Positions 1-12,218 of a stretch of 64,000 nt of DNA are shown piece by piece. Location: the NCBI GenBank assembly GCA_030704615.1, contig CM060732.1:79298001-79362000 (forward strand), read 5' to 3'. Position 1 is the stretch's first letter. Each line of letters starts with the position of its first letter. The notes under the pieces were generated by a model. It was not told the origin of the DNA, searched no databases, and saw only the letters and a program-made list of their open reading frames with translations. The stretch is from Takakia lepidozioides (lineage: Eukaryota > Plantae > Bryophyta). The position numbers were made by a program, and so were the translations under genes.

Positions 1-926
1 CCATTTTGCGGGGGTGTGTAAGAGTTGGTAAACTGTCTGGCAATGCCATGCACCTCACAAAAGGTATTGAACTCGCTAGAAATAAATTCCCCACCATTAT
101 CAGACCTAAGGGTTTTTATTGTCCGTCTAGTCTGATTTTCAACTAACGCTTTGTAGGCTTTAAATTTGTCAAACACATCTGATTTATTTCGAAGGAAATA
201 AACAATCGCATATCGAGAATAGTCATCGATGAAGAGTGCAAAGTATCGTGCACCTCCAAGGGATTGTGTTTGCATTGGGCCACATATATATGTATGAACT
301 AGTTCCAATAAAATTGTGGTTTTGGAACTTGACTCAATAGGAAAACTGGTCAAATGATGTTTACCAATTATACACCCTTCATAGAGGGATATAGTGGTAA
401 GTTTTCCATCTAGACCCACAACCATCTCTGAACGCTGCATTTGTTTTATTGCATTCAGATGCAAATGCCCTAACCTATGATGCCATAAGACAGTCTGCAA
501 ATTAGGGGGCTGGGTCGTCACAGAAAGGTTCATATCAGAAGACTGCATTTTGTGTTTAGAAACACAATGTACAAGGCCTACTCCAACAGGATATAGATTG
601 CCCTCTTGCTTACACCGCAGTGTGTTCAAAGATTGACCACTCTCATCAAGTGACTTCATTAAACAGTGATCACCGACGAATTCGATACTACCGAGTCCAT
701 GACTAGTAGCTTTGCTTACGGAGATGAGATTTTTGGTCAATCCAGGCACGTGCATGACATTATTGACAAAAGCAACTTGGCCTGTAGGTAATTGTATTGA
801 AACAGAGCTGCACCCATAACATTGTGTTGCGTATCATCTCCCGTATAAACTGTAATGGGAGAGGACATAGGCTTGTATGACTGAAACCAGTCTCTCCTAT
901 AGGTCATGTGTTGGGTTGCTCATGTA

Positions 927-1850
927 TCAAGATACCAAGTATCTTGAAAATTTTGGTTGGGTATTTCCATAACAGCAAAGAGTTGAAATGGAGCCGATCT
1001 TGAGTAGTGGCAGTATTGGCTTGAGCCTTATAAATGCCGTTTTCTCTATCTCGTTTGCGCTTTTTGCAATTAGGGGATATATGCCCCCTCCGCCCACAAT
1101 AATGACAAATTTTGTCTCTATGTGATAGTTGACCACTAGGATTACTAGAAGAGGTTGCCATCTGAAAATTATTATTATAACTCCATTGGGAGGCCCAAAT
1201 GGTTTTCTAGTTCCCTTGAACTTGCCTCGTTGTCCAACAAATAAAACTGAAGGTTTACCATTAGAACTATCCGTGTGTCTCATAATGGCCTCTTGCAAAA
1301 CCTTACCAATCAAATCAGCAAGGGTTTGGTTTGCAACACTTCCTTGAGTGGTAATAAACAGCCGCCATGAAGGAGGCAACGCTCCAAGAAGCATGGTGAC
1401 CTGCAGCTCTTCAGGGATTACTAGCCCTGAAGCATCATCTAACGCTCCTTGCCAATTTTCCAAGAACTCTGTTACAGATTGGGACTCTGAAAGAGTAAGC
1501 ATCATAATACGTTTATGCATGCCAACTTGGGATGCACTATCCGTGTGTTCATAGATAGATTTTAGTTTAGCCCAAACTGTTGTAGAAGTTTTAAGAGATA
1601 TGACTAATTGAATCTGACGATCTCCACAATGGAGAATCAATTCAGAGCGTGCTTTGGAATCTTTTATTTTCCAAGCAGCTTGAAGTGCGGCATCAGCCGC
1701 ACCGGGGTCAGGGTCAGTACCGTCGACCACTCCCCAGAATTCAGACCTCATTAAAAGCATTTCCATTTTGATAGACCAAATGGAATAATTGGTACTACTA
1801 AGGCAATCAATTTGATACGCCCTTGCTGCAGGAAAAGAGGGAGCAGCCAT
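927..1850 (-). pseudogene. copia gag, frameshifted before the CCHC zinc knuckle (knuckle lies in ORF 904-1161)
   Basis: ORF track; gag-like N-terminus; knuckle is in a different frame. Confidence 0.85.
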
Positions 1851-2007
1851 GGGGAATCTATGTCATTAAGACCTAGCCAATGGCAGAGCATTTGCTCTTG
1901 CCCTTCTAATCCTTAACAACAAATTTCATAAAAATTGAATAAGCACATGGTCCGAGGTCGCAAGATGCGACTTACAGTGACCATTTAAGATAAGCAATCT
2001 AGTATCA

Positions 2008-2020
2008 GGCTCTGATACCA
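2008..2020 (-). promoter_or_regulatory. Primer-binding site complementary to initiator tRNA-Met
   Basis: Minus strand TGGTATCAGAGCC immediately after the LTR end ...AAAACA. Confidence 0.9.
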
Positions 2021-2229
2021 TGTTTTAAAATACTAGCACTCAAACATTAGTGTAGAGTGAGTATGATTACTCAATTTTATGTATGTAAGAATGAGAGAGA
2101 AGAAGACAGGACAATGTCTCTTCAACAACTCAACAGTCATACCCTAAAGGGTTGTGACTCTTGATATAGATGTGTCCATTCTATATGGATGTTAACTTAT
2201 ATAATCTAAATGTTGAATTACATCCAACA
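2021..2229 (-). repeat. Putative short (~209 bp) 5' LTR of the copia element
   Basis: Minus strand starts TGTTGG and ends AAAACA next to the PBS. Outer boundary inferred because the partner LTR is outside the window. Confidence 0.6.
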
Positions 2230-2932
2230 AAGTCTTAATTGGAATCTGTTTGTATGAATCTTAATTGGAATCTTAATTGGAATCTGTTTAGTACTGTTGG
2301 ACTGGTAGAGGCCTGCTTTTATACCATGCGTCGGGCTTTGCCGACACCAAATTTAGTCTTAATTGGAATCTGTTTGTATGTCCATTTCTCTACCCAACTC
2401 GGATTATGTGTTGCGGGTGGAATTTAACTAACCTTTTGGTTTCCTTGTCTCTACCATCCGTGTCCTGTGCAGTTTTGATTTAATAAAGCTCTCCAAAGCA
2501 TTCTTCCAGTTACACAATTGAGCAGGCACAATTGCTTACTATGCAATAAAAAGCGAAGAAATTGGAAAGAAAATACAAAGCAAAAATTTGGAAAGAAAAA
2601 ACAGAGCAGTGCTGAGTCACCAAAGGGAAGGCTCCTTCCTACCGGCCTTCCTTAACTCGGGAGGGAAGTGCCCTCAATCCAAGGAAGGCTCGTGGGAAGG
2701 AGATCTCACTGCTTCTGCTACCCAAGTCTTCTCAACGATCGCCTTTGTTGACCAGTCGAAGCACTAAGACTTAGTGTTTGGTCGTTTATTCATCACCCAA
2801 TCTTGGCCTTGTTTGCAGCTGGCAAGGATCTATAAGTTAGGGGTTGATCACAGGGCAAATCATAGTGGTGGAGTGTTTGAAAGGGGTGCTCCAAGTAAGC
2901 AAATTTCAGTTGGTATCCCGCTTTCGGTTTGG

Positions 2933-3523
2933 ATGGCATCACCTGCCGGCGCCATCGCGTCTGATCGGGTGACACTTCGGAAATTCAGCATTGAGGATGT
3001 GAAGTACATGATGACATGGGCTGGAGACGATGAGGTTACAGCAACAACCCCGCGTGAAACTCTTCAGTCTGAGGAAGAAATCCGTGAGTATTTCAGTTCT
3101 GTAATTGATCCCCATCCTTGGTTCAGAGCAATTTGTGTTGATGGCATTCCAGCAGGGTCCATTTTCCTTAGCATTGGTGAAGGAGTTCATTCTCTCCGGG
3201 CGGACTTGAGCTACCTCATTGCTAAAAAGTATTGGGGCCAAGGGATTACAACGCATGCGACGAAGATGGCTTTGTATGCGGGTTTCGAGGAATTGAAGCT
3301 GGCACGCATACAAGCTTATGCATTTGATACAAACATTCCATCGCAAAGAGTGCTGGAGAAATGTGGTTTTCGAAGGGCAGTTCTACTCAACAATTTTATC
3401 ATAAAGAGAGGCACTCTTCTGAATGTATTTATGTTTGATATCTGGGAAACTCCAGATGAGCACGGAGTGCCTCCGAGCCTTAGTGACTGCACGTACCCAC
3501 CTGGTGCGGACCAATCAGTGTAG
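2933..3523 (+). CDS. GNAT N-acetyltransferase, RimJ/RimL type, single exon
   Basis: VTLRKF..DV..M..W; HPWFRAICVDG; acetyl-CoA motif YWGQGITT; NIPSQRVLEKCGF. ATG at 2933 preferred over the upstream GTG at 2774. Confidence 0.88.
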   Translation: MASPAGAIASDRVTLRKFSIEDVKYMMTWAGDDEVTATTPRETLQSEEEIREYFSSVIDPHPWFRAICVDGIPAGSIFLSIGEGVHSLRADLSYLIAKKYWGQGITTHATKMALYAGFEELKLARIQAYAFDTNIPSQRVLEKCGFRRAVLLNNFIIKRGTLLNVFMFDIWETPDEHGVPPSLSDCTYPPGADQSV

Positions 3524-4039
3524 TGAAGAATACCAGGTTGAAGTGAGTGGTAATCATCCAGACTCCAAAAAGGGAACTTTAATTAGTGCACATTGCATGA
3601 CACAAGATTTGTAGTGCAAAATAAAAGCTGCCTATTCCAGGACACCCAATCCCTTGTTGGCTGTTGTTGAAGGCCCCAGTTTGTTTCTTCCGGACACATT
3701 ATAAAGTTTGTTGCAGCCTTGTTTGCTGGTTGGCTTCTAGAAGGATATGACGCTTTCATAACCCAGATTTTGTGTGGTAGGTTGCCGATGTGGGGCGTTG
3801 ATGAGTTCAAAGATGAATATGTACACAAGTACTGAAGCTAGAAATATGCATGAATTTGAACTAACATCAGTTATTTACCTTGCCGGACTCAGATGTATAC
3901 TCTGGTTTCTGGGTATATAGAAGGCCCATGGAGGCAGGCTGCATGTCAAGCAGGGGCAAAGAACTGGTGTCTTTCCACTGGTAAGGATAGCGTTGGTTCT
4001 GGCACGAGGCCGCAGGGGCAGGACGGAGCTATACTGCGG

Positions 4040-4286
4040 GGAAGCAGCCTTTGTTCTGGTCAGTGAGGGCGTGAACAGCTCACAGTGGGTGCGGCAAGCA
4101 TTGGCGAAGCCAGAGCTGGCCAGGCAAGTTCTTGATGTGAAACTGCTGAAGACCACAGGTATTGACATACAGCTGCTGCAGCTGATGGATGTGGCCATGC
4201 TTTGCACACACGAGGTGCCTGATAGACGCCCCTCCATGCAAGATGTGCTAAAGGTGCTCATTGGAATCCAGCACCAGCAGCGATAA
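4040..4286 (+). pseudogene. Receptor-like kinase C-terminal fragment (subdomains X-XI)
   Basis: SQWVR..VLDVKL..LLQLMDVAMLCT...PDRRPSMQDVLKVL; no upstream kinase subdomains recognisable. Confidence 0.75.
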
Positions 4287-4424
4287 AGGGAGGGGATGAC
4301 TTATAGCATGGGAGCAGCTTGGTCACCTATGAGTCTGTCCAGCGGAAGGAGCAACGCCGTCACGTTTGAAGTAGTAGCCAAGGCTCGCTGGAAGCTAGAT
4401 GTGCAGGGGATCAATACTGATGCA

Positions 4425-4776
4425 GCAGTCATCCGATGATAGGGCCCACAAACGGCCACTAACTTTGCCAAGGCCTTCGTCCCAAAGCTGACGGCATCGT
4501 CAAGCTTGCCCTTGTCCAAAGCTGTTTTAGACGATTCCAATAATGTCCGCCCGACTGCAGATGAGCAAGCAACTTGCTTGTAGATAGGAACCATGCTGAT
4601 AATGTCAACTCTCTTGAATGGGGTGGGCGTATCCAATTCATAGTCTTGAGGAGAAACTTCAATCCCTACCTTGTGACAAAGACCTCGAAGTATAACATAT
4701 TTGCGGAGCTCAGAATGAGTGACCTCTGCAGCAAGCTTCCAGCCAAAATCGCTTGGTCACAAAAATCTCAACCCAT
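4425..4776 (-). pseudogene. Fragment of CLU-family REC/TSS-like gene (TPR-proximal part)
   Basis: [108 protein letters not shown]; one frameshift. Confidence 0.85.
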
Positions 4777-5180
4777 CTCCTGAAGGGAATCACAGCTGAT
4801 GAGAGCACCACTGTACATGACACAAAGGATCTACTGTTCTTATTGAAGCAGTGGGCTCCAAGCTTCAGAATGGGGAAGAGATTCCTACTGTTGTGGTTGT
4901 GGAAGACCAGCGTGAAGGGGGTGGAAATGCCCTCAATGTGAACAGCCTCCGCACTCTTCTTCACATGAGTGCTAATGGACGAGCACGGCCTTCCTCTGAT
5001 GCTGAAGAGGTAAAAAAATGCTGGGGGCTTGGTTTATACACTATTGGCAGAGAGCCTGGTCAGGCTGGACCAAGAGGATGAGAACAAGGATGACAGGAGC
5101 ATTCGGTGGGAGTTAGGAGCATGTTGGGTGCAGCATTTGCAGACTCAGGCAGTATCTAAGAAGGAAAAGGCTCAAACCAA
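4777..5180 (+). pseudogene. Fragments of CLU-family REC/TSS-like gene (Clu region), opposite orientation, internally deleted
   Basis: LLKGITADESTTVHDT; EDQREGGGNALNVNSLRTLLH; IRWELGACWVQHLQ in shifting frames. Confidence 0.8.
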
Positions 5181-5189
5181 TGTTGAGGG

Positions 5190-5643
5190 AGGCCCATCGA
5201 AGCAGTTTCAGGCACCTCAAGCACCAAGTCCTTCGTCACCAAGGGATTTTCCTTCTCTGTCTGGGCTTGAAGCAGTGAATGGGTCAGCCCTTTCCAGCAG
5301 GGCAAGCACGCTTGGTGGGGAGTCTAGATCTGTCCCGGATTTTGCAGCAGTTGTAAGAAAGCAAGCAGCACAACAGGCTGCGCAGTTGCAATATGAGAGG
5401 AATGGCGGGGTTGAATTGTCCCTAGGAGGAGTTCGAGGCCTTTCACAAGTGCCTGGAGTTGGTGGCTTTCCCCGAGATGCAAGGGTTGCTCATGGAGTAA
5501 GGTTGGAACCATTCCACCTTCATGGTCATGATGTGTATCAACCTCCACCAAGTTGGCTCGAGATCGGGGACACTGTTGGAAGTATGTACACTGATCTGCA
5601 AGAAGAAGCTCGTGACCATGCTCGCCGCCATGCTTGGCTTTGA
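5190..5643 (+). pseudogene. Fragment resembling CID7-like (PAM2/Smr-domain) protein
   Basis: DFPSL, PDFAAVVRK, PSWLEIGDTVGSMYTDLQEEARDHAR; truncated before the Smr domain. Confidence 0.65.
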
Positions 5644-6810
5644 TGGCCCACAAACTCCGCTTGTGGTAGGTCTTTGATCGGCCGAATTGGCCAACACCCC
5701 ACACCACCTCCTTGTTCCTGCTTGCTCGCGCAGGCTTGGCCATCGCTGCCCTCGTCTGCGTCCGCTTTGCCTCTCTCCCTGAGCGATGGCGAGAAAGTAT
5801 TTAAATACTGAAGTGAAAGTATTTAAATTCATCCAGAAAGGTAACCCCAAAATCAGCACACAAAGTAAATGAGGTGCCTTCGTATAACTGGTATTCACTG
5901 ATCCTGACAACTATTTTGGCATGAGTCCAAGGAATTCTTAGGGAACCTGCAGTGAATCGCAAAAAATGTGGGAACAGTTTTTGATGGCGAGAACGTTTTG
6001 GGTGTGAAAAATTAAAAGAAATTCGTTCTTTGATCTAATTTAAATTAGATAGAGCCTCTTTGGCCATAACTTTGGCCTACCAAGGCCGTTTGACCCAAAA
6101 CTTGCACAGGGACCTACAGAAAGGGGAAATCTACCTATCTAGACCTGGCTTTAGTTTTTTGGACTCTGCTAAAAATCTATGGAATTTTTTGAGTGTGAGT
6201 GTGCTATGAAAGATCCACAATTTTGTTTCTAGAACCTGTTGTGGTCTACATGAGAGACAAATCTGTGGATGTCCTCCTTGTATGGCTGGGGGAAATGAGG
6301 ACGTAATTGAAGGGCAGGTCTCTTCTCTAGCCTGTGCACCCAAGGGGACAAGATTTATGTTTCCCAAGGAACTCAGATTGATTTGAGTGGAGAACAGTTG
6401 GACGAGTTGATTGCATACTGGGAGTCAGGCATTAGCAGTAGACAACAAACTGCTGTAGTTGGTGTTGAGGGCCTCAATATTGCTTTGGACAGTCAGAACT
6501 CTGTTGGAGCCAGCAGTTCTGCAGCTGTAGGTGAAATACCAAAGTGGGTGAAAGCTAGGCTTGGAACACAGCCAAAGACAGCCCCGGGGACCAAGGTGTT
6601 CAGCCACAAGGCCGTGGTGTACTGGAGCAGAGGAGCAGGAGCTACACAAGTTTGTGCAATCAGACATGGTTGTAACCGGACACGCTCTGCACAAGGCAAC
6701 CACGAGCGGGGGTTCATTGGCAATGACAAGTTTGTTTTGCTTGAAAGAGATGCAGTCATTCGCAATGAGGACACCCGCAACCGTCTCAAAGCTTTCGAGT
6801 TGAGAGACTG

Positions 6811-7982
6811 TCACACCCTACCTTTGTTTTCGTTAGTGTTCAGTGAGCGATATTTCTCCCGTCTAATGACAAGTCGGAATCCGACAAGAGCTGGAATTCT
6901 GTAGTCCGATTCTGAAAACCGGGGGACATTGGAGCTCTTCTGGTGCTTCAAGATTTTGCACAAGACTCCATTCACGTCAAAAATAATCAAACGCAACCCT
7001 TGCGCAGGAGGAGAAACATGTGCTCCAATCTGCCAAAGAGTCATTCATACTTAGGATGATAAAAGAGAACAATACAATGCATTGGAAAAACCGACACTAG
7101 GTAAGTGAACTAGAACGTCCACTGGACAGCCGAGGTTCACCAAACTCAATTAAAATATTTTATGTCCCAATGCAGTGGCACGCAACTCGTGATTGCTAAG
7201 GAACTTCTGCCATCTATAATCAAAGTCTCTAAGAAATTTGACCGTTGGGTCGTCCTCGAAGAAATCCTTCGTAATGCCGAAAGGATGTAGCTTGTTGAAT
7301 GGCATGACATCCGTCCTCGATAACCGGAACATGTTAAGGTGAGGCTTGAGCTCTTCCAGAGAAATTTATCTCTGTCAGGGTCCACGCGCGCCTTATATTT
7401 TGGAAGGAAGATGGTATGTCCTAACGGGTTCAAATAGGACTTGTACATATTGTCTATAGTGTTGATGAGGAGAGTATTGGATTTGTAAGCTGTCGGGTCA
7501 TCCTCAGCGAAAATATCGTAAAGATGTTTAAAGTAGATGGGATTTTTGGGAGCTTTGGGTCATTTTTCGTTGAATGTCGATCTATGCATGACAGAATTCT
7601 CACTGTTGTAAGTTCTGACCTGGGAATAGTACTTCCCGAACACGGCCTTGGTGATAGTCTCGACGTTCATTTCAGGTCCAGTGTTCCAAAAACAAACGAC
7701 AAACTTTTTGACGGCCCACTTAACGAATTCGTCAAGACCGTTTCGCGTAGCTAACTTGAATTTCCCTGCGGAGATACAAGGCTGGGTGGCAGGAGGGGTT
7801 TTCTTTCCATCCTTTAGGAAAACCTCACAAAGGTAACCGATGTCCAGAACCAGGACGTAGTATCTTGGCCGGCACCCGTTCGGTCCCCAAGGAAGGGAAT
7901 GCAGATCATTTGGATTGACAGAAAGGGAATAGTCGACTGGAGGGTAATGCATGTTGTCCTGTGGAATAACAGAAGAGTTCAT
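6811..7982 (-). pseudogene. FCP1/NIF-like HAD phosphatase domain(s): one near-complete copy (7150-7982) plus the start of a second (6811-7044)
   Basis: VLVLDIGYL..RNGLDEFVKWAVKKFVVCFW..SNTLLI..YKSYLNP..TIF; second copy LIIFDVNGVLC; stops and frameshifts. Confidence 0.6.
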
Positions 7983-8855
7983 TATTCATTTCAATTTCAG
8001 AAATCCCAATGTAGACAAACGGAAGAATGGAATTGAAATCATTACCGTTTTTTGGGGCGGCTGCTGAGATCCCTAGGCAAGCTGCTCTTCCTCTTTCCCA
8101 TCTCTATGGCAAACGTTATCGTCTTTCTCTGTGGCACCAAATGGCAACCTCGACTGTCCAGTGGAGGTAACTTGTATGACCGGCTCAGATAGAGCGACAG
8201 TGATTGTTCGATCCATTCTTCTCTTCACCGTCTCAGTGTCGATGGAGTCGGTCCTCGTGTGTTTGATCTCCTCAGACGTCGTTTCACGAATCTACAAGAA
8301 ATTAAAGAATCCCACGGATGAGGATTATGATGGTCCAAATTGATCCGACAAAATTACCGAATTGAGTAATACCGAAGATGAGACTGAAAGACCAATAATA
8401 TGAAATAAGAATAAAGCCAATGTCTTACCCGAATCGGGATCTATTGTTGGATTACATGCTTGTGCTATTCTGTCTCTTCTCCCTCCCAGCGAGTAGGAGG
8501 ATTCTCCGACTCATTCCCTGCAGATGACAACGTCCACTGGACAGTGGAGGTTACTTGCGGAACCGGCTCAGGTGACCTGGCCCTCACTGTCAGATCCACA
8601 TGTCTCTTCACCATTTGAGCCTTTTCTTGTGTGCGTCATTTCCTCCGATTGGGATCTTGGATCTACAAGAAAAGTTATTCAAATCGGTTAGTGGTTGTCC
8701 ACAAAGGTGTGCGAACGGAAATATGTGTCCAGGTGGAAATATGTTTTATTCGGAAGTCCAAAAAAACGGATATGGAAAAAACATTGGGATTATGTATAAT
8801 TACAATATTGTCATATTGTATTCAGAAGTGTGTACGAATCAAAATTCACTAATTG

Positions 8856-11800
8856 TCATTCGTTACCTACATCCAGAACCACTTCCTGGGTGACATTCTG
8901 GGACACCAGCTCACGACGATTGTTAATGGGATCCGGTGACATAATCAATGGCTCGTCACCTTCCACAAGTTTGAAGCTTTGACCGAGGGTTTCAACTAAC
9001 TCCGTCGATGTCGCTTCTTGTCCCCCTGCAGAAGCCGGATTCTTATTCGTGGTGTTATCAGAACTGGAGGAAGCGCTGTCCAGATTGTGTACATCTTCTG
9101 GCGCAACGCGTTCTTGGGTATTTGGAGTACTACCTAGATTATCCAACCGGTATTTTTCCTGGCCCTCTCTTTCCCTTTCCCACATTAGCCGCATCTGCCC
9201 CTGGTCTCCGTTGACGATTTCCATGTTCTCATCTTCGTCTTTCTCCTCCTCGTCGTCCTCTTCTTGTTTCTCCTCCATTTCCTCGTCATGATCATTGTCG
9301 TGTCCTCGTCATCATCTTCTTCGTCCACTTCGTCATCTTGCAGTGAGTCTACGTCATCTCCGTCTCCTGCGATAGTCTGATTGTCAATCTGGAGCGTCTT
9401 GAAATAGGCCTCCACCTTGCTTCTACAAAAATTCTTTTTCGTTACAAAGTTTATGTCGAGCACACAAATATTTCTTTCCTGCAATGAGACCAAACAATGA
9501 TATCAAAATAAATCCGACGAACACCAACCATCGAAAGATTGAAAGGGTTAGGCTTTCTTTTGAGACAACTAGCAAACACACCAAACTCCCAAAACACCCA
9601 CAACTCCAATAACATGAACCTCCACTGCCCAGTAGAGGTTAACAAAATGGAAACATTCAGACACAGGTTAAACACGTTATTCCAACAACATTAAAAACAC
9701 GAGAGTTAAATCCGGCAATCTGAAAACACAGACAATTCCAAGATGCAAAATCCACTTACAAGCAGAACGTATGTCATTGCCAGTCCTCCGAAAATGTTCA
9801 CACAAGATATTCCGTCCCTGCAAAAAAAAAAAAACTAGGTAATCGTAGGCGTCCGCCCTCAGCTCATGAGTGTAAGTCCTGCACTCCTTCTCCTACGAGG
9901 TCGGGTCTACATCTGGTCCTTGGATAACGGGATTAATTGGGTCCGGCGTTAACAAAACAGTTTGAATGTGATCGTCCGGATTCACCATCTCCTCATCTAT
10001 TGCCGGAAATACGTAGTCGAGGCAGAGGACCGTCCGGGAGAAAATAGTCGTGCAGCTCTTGTAAGGTGATTCAAACTCGCCGGAAATGTAATAACTCTGT
10101 CGGTTAATAAACGATTTTGATCCAGGACCATTCCAGATGTATGACACAAGATTTCCCGATTATTCTTGTGTCGAGAAAAACACAAATGCACTGGACATTA
10201 GCTTCCGAGCCACAAAAGCATCCAAGATATTGGAGTAGTCTTTTGCCTCGAAGACGACAGAATCATCATCACAAACTGTATTGACGAACACCATGGATAT
10301 GTCGTCGAACCGTTTCTTCGGTGCAAGTCCCAACCGTGATCTGGCATCAACAAATTTCTGGTTCCCCCCCAGCTGTGTGTAATGGGACCTGAAGCTCGTG
10401 CGTAGAATCGCCAGGGCATTATGGTTATCCTCGAAGGTCTGCTTGCACGACGAGACATACTTCTTGAAGGCAGCAGTCATTGGCTGCGTCTCCATATTCA
10501 TCTTCTGTTTGCTTACAATGTAGTCGTTCCCGAGCCGATCTCGAAAAGTTTCAAACTCAGCTTTGTTGAAGTTGTATTTTTTTTTCACATCATGCCACTC
10601 CTGTTTGGTATATGGTTCCGGGTTTTGTTTGCTCATCCGAGGCCACCCTAAGACTTCCATTACATCGTCGATAATAAACCGTCACAATTTCATTTGGTCA
10701 ATATACGCGCTCATTGTGTTTTTGGATTTGTCCGCGCCCTTGAATTTCGTTCCCCGAATGCAAATGTCTCTGTTTAGGATTTTCTCCGCCACTCTTTTCA
10801 ACTGCCTTAAGTCCTTGCAGTTTCGCGATAGCGGTTTTATTCAGCGGTAGTTGTTCACCCTTGCACTGAATCCCGAAAATATCAATAAGCTTCCCTTGTT
10901 CCCACTGTTTGAAAACCTCCTCCCACAGGTTCCATACGTCTTCGTCACAGAGAACCAAAACCATGGCCTCCTTCACGCTACTCATCTCCAATATGAGTTG
11001 ACATGCTTGCATAAATTCCTGCGAAAATAATCAGGGCCAAAAGTTAGACATTTCATTCGATATTTGATATTAATTTTTGAGATGAAACAATAGTCACAAC
11101 TATCATGTCAATTATATTATACTCCAAATGATGATTCGATTACCAATTCATCTCCGTCCATCTTGTTGTGCCTTGTAATTTGAAGCTCTTTCTGTAGTGT
11201 CTCCTGCTTCGGAATGCGGTGCTCCTCCAAATCAAATTTGTCCAATCTGTTCATGTTCTCCACCAGGAACAGTTCCAAGAGTGTACCTAGAAAATCCTTG
11301 AAAAACCCAATGAGCATGAAAAGTTTTGGAAGCATTCTCCGCAACATCACGTTTTCATGATCATATGATGTTTCAAGTATTTTTGCGGCACATTTGCGAA
11401 ACTGTTACAGGTAGAAAACATAAATAGATTAGGAAAATAAGAGCTGGGCAAGCACCTCATTACCAAACAAGACACATTACAAAAGACCCCATCATGTCGA
11501 ATTTCCGAATGTTGAACCATCCCGCTCGTTCATTGTAGCACCCTCCCTTATGAGGCTATTTTTGTAGTGTCTCCTGCTTCGTAATGCGGTGCTTCGTAAT
11601 GCAGTCTCCGTTCGTCACATGAAATCCGAGCTTGACAATATTTTGGTTCTCTAGCAAAAGGAACAGAAAACACAATGAATCATTTACCTTCCATTGTCTA
11701 GTCTCCGACTTCGTTGTGTGATCGTTGTACTTTTTCGGCCTCCCCCTCAGCTCGAAGAAATTTCGGGCATGTGCAGCTTTCTCAGGAAATGTTGTGTCAA

Positions 11801-11933
11801 ATTTTTGCGCCTTATTCGGGTCGTTTAGGAGCTTAGATACCTTCACGAGCCTCATTAGATCCTTTGACCATATAATCTTTGAGGGCCAGTCAGTGTAGTA
11901 CTTCTTAAGATTGTCGTCGTCTACGTCTTGCAC
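8856..11933 (-). pseudogene. Degenerate multi-exon gene: helical N-terminal region, possible divergent beta-class DNA methyltransferase-like region, acidic tail
   Basis: Collinear minus-strand ORFs separated by GT..AG gaps. Spliced C-terminus reads ELRADAYDYL..CRDGISCVNIFGGLAMTYVLL|ERNICVLDIN, followed by a D/E-rich tract. Confidence 0.4.
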
Positions 11934-12218
11934 AAGTTCCTGCGACAGAATTGAATAAGGTCAGAAATGATATCGACCTAACAAGAATGTTGTTTAAAGT
12001 TTATGAACCTCCACTATCTAGTGGAGGTTCATGTTGTTGAAAAAATTGGAATTTGTTGAGAAATATACCTCCTCCAGGCCAGCAACTGACCGAAGTCTAT
12101 CCATTGCCCTGAATCACATGTAAGGTTTGATTGGGGATCTGTAAGGCATACAGTTCCATCAAACACGTCACTCACCTCGTTTGTCTCCTCGGAACCCTCA
12201 CCCTCATCATCAGAATCC

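Larger units (their letters stand above)
1..2229 (-). mobile_element. Ty1/copia LTR retrotransposon, 5' part (LTR, PBS, gag, protease, integrase); degenerate; runs off window start
   Basis: Copia gag (NYSIWSIKMEMLL), zinc knuckle CHYCGRRGHISPNC, protease WYLDT*ATQHM (stop), GAG-pre-integrase LWHHRLGH, integrase FIDDYSR..LRSDNGGEF..TPPQN. Integrase directly follows protease (copia order). Frameshifts between gag, knuckle and protease. Confidence 0.93.

Noticed and set aside
2231-2380. AATCTTAATTGG short repeats beside the LTR and ORF 2239-2427
   Set aside because: Simple local slippage or duplication; the ORF is a by-product of the repeat
5739-5809. Hairpin GCCATCGCT/AGCGATGGC and palindrome AGTATTTAAATACT as a possible TE terminus
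   Set aside because: No convincing matching end or TSD found near 13.5 kb
6383-6904. 173-aa ORF with an IRHG motif (phosphoglycerate-mutase-like?)
   Set aside because: Non-ATG start and no other family motifs
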